Source: Rickettsiales bacterium
Lineage (GTDB): Bacteria; Pseudomonadota; Alphaproteobacteria; Rickettsiales; UBA3002
Reading direction: 5' to 3'
DNA length: 64,000 nt
Assembly: GCA_022763105.1 (NCBI GenBank)
Contig: JALEGK010000011.1
Location: forward strand, 15,671-79,670
Below the pieces are notes generated by a model, which saw nothing but the letters and a program-made list of their open reading frames with translations, had not been told where the DNA came from and did not search any database. Of the stretch, positions 57,192 to 64,000 are shown piece after piece. A program made the position numbers and the translations under genes. The first letter of the stretch is position 1; each line of letters opens with the position of its first letter.

Positions 57192-58909
57192 ATATCCGCA
57201 AAGGCTTTCACTTCTGCCTTGCCGCCCGGATGGGTGGTGGCACCCTTCTCGGCTGACTCAACGGTTTGCGCATATTTCCAAAGCGTGCCCGACTGATAGT
57301 CATGGGTATGCGGCTTCCAGTCTTGTTTGCGTTTGGCAAATTCCTCGTCACTCACCTCAACATCAATTGTGCGTTTAACCGCATCGATGGTGATGATGTC
57401 GCCGTCTTTGATGAGGCCAATTGGTCCTGCGACTGCCGCTTCGGGGCCAACATGGCCAATGCAGAATCCGCGGGTTGCGCCAGAGAAACGGCCATCGGTA
57501 ATGAGAGCGACTTTATCACCGGCACCCTGACCATAGAGCGCTGCGGTGGTTGCCAGCATCTCGCGCATGCCGGGGCCGCCTTTTGGTCCTTCATTACGAA
57601 TCACCAAGACTTCACCTTCTTTATATTCGCGCTTCTCGACTGCGGCGAAGGCATCTTCTTCGCATTCAAAGACACGCGCTGGCCCTGAGAATTTCAGATT
57701 GCTCATGCCTGCGACTTTTACAATGGCCCCTTCTGGAGCAAGATTCCCTTTCAGCGATACCACGCCACCCGTTTCGGATAGCGGGTTAGAGAGTGGGCGC
57801 ACCACGTCTTGCTCTTCCGGGAAGCTGACATCGGCCAGATTTTCGGCAATGGTTTTGCCGGTCACAGTGATGCAATCGCCATGCAGATATCCGCCATCGA
57901 GCAACACTTTCATGACCACCGGAATGCCGCCAATGCCATACATATCTTTCGCCAGATAACGGCCGCCCGGTTTTAAATCTGCGATGTATGGCGTCTTTTG
58001 GAAGATTTCGCCGACATCGTGAATATCAAATTCAATGCCGCATTCATGCGCCATCGCTGGCAGGTGGAGGGCTGCATTGGTCGAGCCACCCGTTGCTGCC
58101 ACCACGGCTGCGGCATTCTCGAGCGCTTTGCGCGTAACAATATCGCGTGGGCGGAGTTTGTTTTTTAGTAGCTGCATGACCGCTTCGCCGGAAGCAAATG
58201 CATAGGCGTCGCGTGATTCGTATGGTGCAGGCGCACCCGCAGAACCGGGCAGCGCCAAGCCCACCGCTTCAGACACACAGGCCATGGTGTTAGCGGTGAA
58301 TTGACCGCCGCATGAACCCGATGATGGGCAGGCGACTTGTTCCAGCTCGTCTAATTCTTCATCGCTCATCGTGCCTGCGGCATGCATGCCGACGCCTTCA
58401 AAGACATCCTGCACCGAGATTTGTTTGCCTTTGAATTGGCCGGGCAGAATCGATCCGCCATACATGAACACGCTTGGGACATTCAGGCGCAGCATCGCCA
58501 TCATCAGACCGGGCAATGATTTATCGCAGCCCGCTAACCCAACGAGCGCGTCATAGCAGTGGCCGCGCATGGTTAGCTCTACCGAATCGGCAATGACTTC
58601 GCGGCTGACAAGTGATGATTTCATGCCCTGATGGCCCATTGCGATACCGTCTGTGACGGTAATGGTGGTGAATTCGCGTGGCGTACCACCCGCTGCCGCC
58701 ACACCTTTTTTGGCGACCTGCGCTTGGCGACCCAGTGCGATATTACACGGTGCGGCTTCATTCCAGGTGGTGGCAACACCGATGAGTGGCTGGTCGATGA
58801 GGGTGCGGTCCAACCCCATAGCATAGAGGTATGAACGGTGTGGTGCGCGCTCTGGCCCTTGCGTTACATAGCGGCTAGGCAGCGTAGATTTGCCATAGGT
58901 TTTGGTCAT
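57188..58909 (-). CDS. ilvD: dihydroxy-acid dehydratase
   Basis: [27 protein letters not shown] and TDGRFSG motifs. Confidence 0.95.
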   Translation of the reverse strand: MTKTYGKSTLPSRYVTQGPERAPHRSYLYAMGLDRTLIDQPLIGVATTWNEAAPCNIALGRQAQVAKKGVAAAGGTPREFTTITVTDGIAMGHQGMKSSLVSREVIADSVELTMRGHCYDALVGLAGCDKSLPGLMMAMLRLNVPSVFMYGGSILPGQFKGKQISVQDVFEGVGMHAAGTMSDEELDELEQVACPSSGSCGGQFTANTMACVSEAVGLALPGSAGAPAPYESRDAYAFASGEAVMQLLKNKLRPRDIVTRKALENAAAVVAATGGSTNAALHLPAMAHECGIEFDIHDVGEIFQKTPYIADLKPGGRYLAKDMYGIGGIPVVMKVLLDGGYLHGDCITVTGKTIAENLADVSFPEEQDVVRPLSNPLSETGGVVSLKGNLAPEGAIVKVAGMSNLKFSGPARVFECEEDAFAAVEKREYKEGEVLVIRNEGPKGGPGMREMLATTAALYGQGAGDKVALITDGRFSGATRGFCIGHVGPEAAVAGPIGLIKDGDIITIDAVKRTIDVEVSDEEFAKRKQDWKPHTHDYQSGTLWKYAQTVESAEKGATTHPGGKAEVKAFADI

Positions 58910-58984
58910 GCGAGTCTCTCTATCATGTGTTTTTGATTGGATGCTAGGTTTAACGAGTTGTGACGCCCAAGTAAAGTGCTGGCT

Positions 58985-59764
58985 TTACTCTTCTTCTGGC
59001 TTTGGCTGGGCGTAGGTAGGTGTTTGGGCAGAACGCACCGCCACCAAGGTTTGCGTATCATAGCGCGAAGGCTGTTGCGCACCAAAATGCGTCACGCCTT
59101 TTGCGAGCAAATAGCGCAGCGTTGTGTGTGCGTTATTACGAGCCGCCACACCGGCCAAAGTTTCACCTTGCGGGTTAACCATAGTCAGGCTGCGGCCACT
59201 ATTGATGAGGGCACGTAGTCCATGCAGATTATTGCGAGCAGCGGCCTGAAAGGTCGCAGCATCATATTCATGCTCATAGAAAGCCGTTGGCAAATGGCGG
59301 TTTTCTGGGCGGTATTGCTTTTTATAAATCTCATGCGGCAAGCGCTGATTGCGGTAATTGAACAGGCGCTGATAGGTTGGGCGCGGCTTAGCCACTTTCT
59401 TAGGCTTCACGACTTCCTTCTTGTTGCTGTCATCATCGGTCAGCTTTTTATTTAGATCATCATCGGTTAGCTGATAGCCAGGCTGGAAGAAGTCAAACAC
59501 CTCTTCATCGACTGGTGCGGGCAAGGTGGTGGCATCGGTTTCAAAGTCCTGATCTGGCAGCTCCACCGGCTCAATCGGCGTGACGGGCGCAGGCGAATTG
59601 GCAATCGGGTTATTGGGGTCGAACGGTGCGGTTGGGTCAAAGGTTGACGCCGGATCGAACATGGTCGGGTCAATGGTTGGAAATGCAGCCTGAGCATGGG
59701 CAGCATGTGAGAGAAATATAAATGAGAGGCTTAGAGCAAGAGGCGCGAATCGTTTAGCGATCAT
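58985..59764 (-). CDS. secreted Pro-rich protein with C-terminal ankyrin repeats
   Basis: Signal peptide MIAKRFAPLALSLSFIFLSHAAHAQA and a Pro/Asp-rich linker. Two ANK-like repeats: AARNNLHGLRALINSGRSLTMVNPQGETLAGVAARNNAHTTLRYLLAKG. Confidence 0.65.
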   Translation of the reverse strand: MIAKRFAPLALSLSFIFLSHAAHAQAAFPTIDPTMFDPASTFDPTAPFDPNNPIANSPAPVTPIEPVELPDQDFETDATTLPAPVDEEVFDFFQPGYQLTDDDLNKKLTDDDSNKKEVVKPKKVAKPRPTYQRLFNYRNQRLPHEIYKKQYRPENRHLPTAFYEHEYDAATFQAAARNNLHGLRALINSGRSLTMVNPQGETLAGVAARNNAHTTLRYLLAKGVTHFGAQQPSRYDTQTLVAVRSAQTPTYAQPKPEEE

Positions 59765-59774
59765 GAAGGCCCCA

Positions 59775-60302
59775 TTACTTACTGATTCGGCGAATCTCAC
59801 GCTCAACCATATCTTCGACCATGCCCGGCAGATTGGCATCGAGCCATTCTTTTAACATTGGGCGTAATGCTTCGATCACCAGATCTTCGACCGTGGTGCC
59901 AGAACGGAATGATGGCGACTCGGTGCGTGGACGTGGGGTAGATGGCACATTTTTAAGCTTATCCATGGCGGAAGAGCTGGCAGCAGCCGCTTCGTCGGAT
60001 AGGATATCAGCAAGTGGATCGACGGGTTCTGGCTCAGCTGCAGGTTCTGGCTCCGGCTCCGGCTCTGGCTCGGCCGCAGAAATTTCTTCCATCTCAGGAA
60101 CTTCCTGAGGTTCATCTTCGATTAAATCGGTAAGCTCGAGGATATCTTCTTCCTCGTCGCCTTCAATTTCAGGCTCTTCAGGAGCAAGCATCGCCTCTTC
60201 TCCTTCATCTTCATCGATATCGTCGGCAATAATGCGCTTGATCGATTGGAGGATCTCCTCCATCGATTGGTCCTGATCTTCTAAGTTTGCCTCTGGTGCC
60301 AC
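59775..60302 (-). CDS. popZ: DUF2497 / PopZ-like pole-organising protein
   Basis: N-terminal MEEILQSIKRIIADD, an acidic PE-rich middle, and a conserved C-terminus TVEDLVIEALRPMLKEWLDANLPGMVEDMVEREIRRI. Start is GTG at 60302 or ATG at 60263. Confidence 0.75.
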   Translation of the reverse strand: MAPEANLEDQDQSMEEILQSIKRIIADDIDEDEGEEAMLAPEEPEIEGDEEEDILELTDLIEDEPQEVPEMEEISAAEPEPEPEPEPAAEPEPVDPLADILSDEAAAASSSAMDKLKNVPSTPRPRTESPSFRSGTTVEDLVIEALRPMLKEWLDANLPGMVEDMVEREIRRISK

Positions 60303-60404
60303 TAATGCGCCCTTTTCTTCTTACGTGCCCCCCTCATCAAAGACATCTGCTCATTCTAATAAGCTTATCCCTGATCTGACAAGTAAATGTTTTCATCTAC
60401 CCAC

Positions 60405-61766
60405 CTAGAAGCCAAACCAACGCCATTTTACGTCTTTATAGTGGTCTTTAGGATTGTAGGTGTCCACATTTAAGCCCAAAATATCGGGGTTCAGTTGGCC
60501 TAACACTAACAACATGTTGTAAAAAGAAACCACACGGTTGCGTTGTGCGCGTACAAGATTCACCCGCGCGCCAAATAATTCCTGCTCGGCATCGAGCACA
60601 TCGAGCACGGTTCGCGAGCCATATTGGTTCTCTTGACGCACGCCATCGAGCGCAATTTCAGCCGCTCTAATATTCTCCTGCACCGCATCAATGGTAGCGC
60701 TTGCGGTCTGCAAACTCTCCCACGCCTCGATCACGGCCTGGCGCACCTGACGTGCGGTTGAAGTTGCATCGAAGCCGAGTTTGCGAGCATTTAACTTTGC
60801 TGCACGCACGCGCGAATAATCCGAGCCGTTGCGGTAAAGCGGGATGGTGACATTGACACGCACCGAGTCATTGTCAAAGTCGCTATTACCAAATACGCCC
60901 GCACCTTCTTGACGACTCATGGTGCCGATCAAAGAAATCTGGGGCAAAATGGTGCCGACACGCGCATCGACCACATTTTCGGCGGCATCCTTATCGCGGT
61001 CCGCAGCTTCCAGATTTGGGTTGGCATCCATCGCCACTTCCACTGCCTGATCAAGATTTTGCGGCAAATCCGGGAAGCGCTCTGGCATCAGCAGGATATT
61101 TTCTGGCTTGTAACCCATGACCTGCTCGAAAGTTGCTAGTGCAATTTCAACATCACCTTTGGCCTGAATCACATCGGATTTGGCACGTGACAGGCGCGCT
61201 TCGGATTGCGCCACATCGGTACGTGTGACATCGCCCACCTTGAAACGGTCTTTCGATGCTTGTAACTGCTTTTCCAGCACCTCTGCATTATTCTCGCTCA
61301 AATCAAGCACGGCCTGATTTTGCACCACATCCATGTAGGCGACGACCGCATCGAGCAGGATATTTTGTTCAAACGAGTTCAAACGCGCACGCGCGGCTTT
61401 CACCTCATCTTTGGTGCTTTCGTATGTGAAGTAATTACTGCCCCCCAAAAAGAGTGGCTGCACCAGATTGATCTCGCGTGTTTCCGTGTCGTTGCTCGCA
61501 TCGGCCGAACCGGCGAATGAGCTTTTCTGGCGCCCCTTCGAATAGGTCGCGCTGATGTCGGGACGAAACGCAGAAATCGCCTGATTGACGCGCTCATTGA
61601 CCTGCTCCATCGAGCGGCGCTGTGCTTTGATCTCCGGGTTAGACAAATAAGCCGAACGCAGCGCATCTTCGAATGTGCCCGCCTGCGCAGAGACCGCTAT
61701 TCCCGTGATGATGGCCGTTGTTGCCACTCCGCATAAGAGCTGGCGCGCTTTTGATTTAAAAGACAA
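60405..61766 (-). CDS. tolC: TolC family outer-membrane efflux/secretion channel
   Basis: Two OEP repeats and a signal peptide ending AVSAQA. TTG at 61766 is preferred (SD AGGAAGGA, 7 nt upstream). The longer track ORF overlaps pcm. Confidence 0.88.
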   Translation of the reverse strand: MSFKSKARQLLCGVATTAIITGIAVSAQAGTFEDALRSAYLSNPEIKAQRRSMEQVNERVNQAISAFRPDISATYSKGRQKSSFAGSADASNDTETREINLVQPLFLGGSNYFTYESTKDEVKAARARLNSFEQNILLDAVVAYMDVVQNQAVLDLSENNAEVLEKQLQASKDRFKVGDVTRTDVAQSEARLSRAKSDVIQAKGDVEIALATFEQVMGYKPENILLMPERFPDLPQNLDQAVEVAMDANPNLEAADRDKDAAENVVDARVGTILPQISLIGTMSRQEGAGVFGNSDFDNDSVRVNVTIPLYRNGSDYSRVRAAKLNARKLGFDATSTARQVRQAVIEAWESLQTASATIDAVQENIRAAEIALDGVRQENQYGSRTVLDVLDAEQELFGARVNLVRAQRNRVVSFYNMLLVLGQLNPDILGLNVDTYNPKDHYKDVKWRWFGF

Positions 61767-62439
61767 AGCCTGAATCCTTCCTGAATGCCGAGAGAACTGG
61801 CACCGCCGTATCGAACAATGCGCGCTCGACGCACTGCCCATCAAATTTCTCAATGATAATGGCCTCGCCCATGCCAACGGGCTCGCCTGGTTTTAGCTGC
61901 TTGTTACGTACCGTGATCAAGCGCCCCGAATCAGATAGCTGGTCGAGAATGGCTTGAGGCACATCTTCTACTGCACCATCGATTAGAATGATGTCGTAAG
62001 GTGCTGATTCCGGGCACCCCTGATGCTGTGCAGCGGTACGAATCGAAATGTTTTGCTGACCCAAATCTTGCAAAATCACACGAGCCTTATTGGCCAGCTC
62101 GCCGGACTCTTCAATTACGGTAACATCTGCACCTAAATGCGACATCACCAATGCGCTGTATCCGGTAGAACCGGCAATGACGAGCGCTTTTTCTTTTGGC
62201 ATGATTTGCGCGGCCTGCAACATGCGGCCCAGCGCCAACGGGCGCATCAGATAGCGGCTTGATCCAAACGGAATATTATCATCGACATAGGCGCAATTCT
62301 CAAAACCTTCCGGCACAAAGCGTTCGCGCGGCGAAATGCCCATGGCCGCCACGACTCGCTCATCTTGCACTTGATTTGGCTCAAGCTGACCATCGATCAT
62401 ATGGTGGCGCGCAGCCGTAGAAACATCCATATCTAGCAC
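61756..62439 (-). CDS. pcm: protein-L-isoaspartate O-methyltransferase
   Basis: SAM motif ALVIAGSTGYSALVMS; IIIDGAVEDVP. Confidence 0.9.
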   Translation of the reverse strand: MLDMDVSTAARHHMIDGQLEPNQVQDERVVAAMGISPRERFVPEGFENCAYVDDNIPFGSSRYLMRPLALGRMLQAAQIMPKEKALVIAGSTGYSALVMSHLGADVTVIEESGELANKARVILQDLGQQNISIRTAAQHQGCPESAPYDIILIDGAVEDVPQAILDQLSDSGRLITVRNKQLKPGEPVGMGEAIIIEKFDGQCVERALFDTAVPVLSAFRKDSGFVF

Positions 62440-62608
62440 TCTCTTGTTATCGCAGGGTTACTGATATCAGGGGTAAAAAGCAATGGAAAAGCCCAACCTA
62501 TCCACGACCTGTGATCATGACTGCGCCCACTAGATAATACGCATTTTTAAAGATTCAAGGCTTGATTTTGCCCCGCCTAGGGTCTAAGTGTGCCTTTCTG
62601 CGCTAAAT

Positions 62609-62682
62609 GGCCCGGTGGCAGAGTGGTGATGCAGCGGATTGCAAATCCGTGTACGGCGGTTCGATTCCGTTCCGGGCCTCCA
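62609..62682 (+). tRNA. tRNA-Cys (GCA)
   Basis: Acceptor stem GGCCCGG/CCGGGCC; anticodon loop UUGCAAA; T-loop GGTTCGATTCC; encoded CCA. D-arm resembles E. coli tRNA-Cys. Confidence 0.85.
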
Positions 62683-62982
62683 GATTTCTCACCCATATCA
62701 CGCCAATCAACCCGCTTATCTATCGCTCGCATAAAGCACTAGCTTTCGCTTCGCTTCCATCTCGCTCAAGAAGTCTTTGTGGCTTAGTCGTCAAAAAGTG
62801 CCACTGGCACCTTTTAATCTCTTGCGCTCCGTTCCGCCCCCCAGCTTCTCATTATAATACAACCCCTTATCATTTCATCAAACTGTCATGTTCGCGTCAT
62901 ACAGATGACCCGCATTTTTGCTACTATTCACCTTGGGACACTGTGCCTTAGCACAGTATTGGTGTAATCGCATGGGACGGGA

Positions 62983-64000
62983 ATGGCAAAACAACCCAAA
63001 CAATTTGACAGCACACGCGCAGAATTCACGGATCGTCACTATCAAGAGGCGGCCGACACAGGCTATATTCAGCAAAAAGATCGCCTTGCACGCCGCATCA
63101 CCGATTCTTATACCATCGACAATGTTCCTGCGACCACGGCGTCAGATCGTGATGATGCGATAAATGTTAGTAAAACCGAGCATGGCTATCATGTTGAGGT
63201 GACCATTGCCGATGTGGCTGGTCATGTCCCGCTAGCATCTCAAGATGAGAAATCGCTTGACCATGTCGCCCATAGCCGTGCCACCACCATTTACCGCCCT
63301 TGGGGGAATGACCCGATGTTCCCTGAGCCATTAGAAAAACGCATGAGCCTAGAGCATTTGAGAAAGCGTTTGGGCATGTGCGTGCATATCGACTTAGATG
63401 AAAACTTCATGCCCATTGATGGCAGCACCCGCTTTGAGCCGGTGATTACCCGCGCTGTTGCCACCGATTATGCAGGGGCGTATAAGCGCATCGAGTCACA
63501 AAAATCAAGTACGGCACGCGATACATTCAAACTGATGAAGCAAGTCTCTGATGGCTTGCAACGCAACTTCTTTGGACGCACTGGCAACCTTGATAAATTT
63601 GCTAAAGACGAGCGCGCCTACGATCCGAACACCGCCAATTTGGATGAGAACAAACTCAGCATTATGAAAATGGTTGAGACCTATATGTTGCTCGCCAATA
63701 ACCGCGTGGCGAGCTTCTTCGAAGAAACCGATTTGCCGTTCGTGTATCGTAATTTTGATGGCAGCAATGTTGGTCGTGACGGCATTGAGCGCGCCTATTA
63801 TAGCCCCGATTGCACCAAACATACCGAGCTTGCTAAAGACGGATTGAAGGGAGCTTATTGTCACTTCACTTCTCCGATTCGTCGTGGTGCAGATTACTTC
63901 AATGAGCATATGGCACATTATGCGGTAGAGGCCATCCAGACGATTGAAAATTTGGTGGAAGCACGAATCCCTGAGGATCAAAAAGAAACGCTCAAACCCA
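62983..64000 (+). CDS. RNB-domain exoribonuclease (RNase II/R family), 3'-truncated by window end
   Basis: Open frame absent from the ORF track. Motifs: TIDNVPATTASDRDDAINV, VEVTIADVAGHV, SRATTIYRPWGNDPMFPEPL, MLLANNRVA, CHFTSPIRRGADYFNEH. No N-terminal cold-shock/OB domains before the RNB core. Confidence 0.85.
   Translation, partial: MAKQPKQFDSTRAEFTDRHYQEAADTGYIQQKDRLARRITDSYTIDNVPATTASDRDDAINVSKTEHGYHVEVTIADVAGHVPLASQDEKSLDHVAHSRATTIYRPWGNDPMFPEPLEKRMSLEHLRKRLGMCVHIDLDENFMPIDGSTRFEPVITRAVATDYAGAYKRIESQKSSTARDTFKLMKQVSDGLQRNFFGRTGNLDKFAKDERAYDPNTANLDENKLSIMKMVETYMLLANNRVASFFEETDLPFVYRNFDGSNVGRDGIERAYYSPDCTKHTELAKDGLKGAYCHFTSPIRRGADYFNEHMAHYAVEAIQTIENLVEARIPEDQKETLKP

Noticed and set aside
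59990-60120. GAGCC/GGCTC-rich short tandem repeats on the plus strand
   Set aside because: This is the coding sequence for the PE-rich low-complexity linker of the PopZ-like protein (EPEPEPEPEPAAEPEP), not a CRISPR array or a regulatory repeat.
63505-63981. 158-aa minus-strand ORF from the track
   Set aside because: It is antisense to the clearly motif-bearing RNB ribonuclease frame, so it is a shadow ORF.

Overview
The 64 kb window is mostly a housekeeping chromosomal segment of about 50% GC. Its gene order is typical of Alphaproteobacteria: dusB-ntrB-ntrC-ntrY-ntrX-trkA, a fused ispDF, popZ(DUF2497)-tolC-pcm, ffs-dnaX-ybaB-recR, a DUF1150 gene, and a ROSE-like leader on hsp20. I found no CRISPR array, transposase, integrase, rRNA or recognisable prophage. 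Two RNA genes absent from the ORF track are visible: an SRP/4.5S RNA upstream of dnaX and a tRNA-Cys(GCA). An RNB-family ribonuclease gene also runs off the 3' end of the window.

The strongest anomaly is lepA (elongation factor 4). It is cleanly cut at the G-domain/domain II linker by a ~1.65 kb insertion. The insertion carries, on the opposite strand, a 511-aa (about 495 aa from the preferred ATG at 19385) HExxH...EAFAE zincin-like ORFan with foreign-looking codon usage. It ends in an in-frame ATG that abuts the resumed lepA reading frame, so a two-piece LepA is possible.

Other accessory content sits between conserved blocks:
- a System II (resB/ccsA/tlpA) cytochrome c maturation operon co-transcribed with a His-rich tail-anchored protein and an orphan receiver domain
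- an RTX-repeat protein
- a signal-less transglutaminase-like cysteine protease (BTLCP/C93)
- a kinase-like ORFan
- a secreted ankyrin-repeat protein
- a DUF2971 protein
- several ORFans with good ribosome-binding sites

All functional calls come from motifs read in the translated ORFs and recalled family knowledge. No database search was run.
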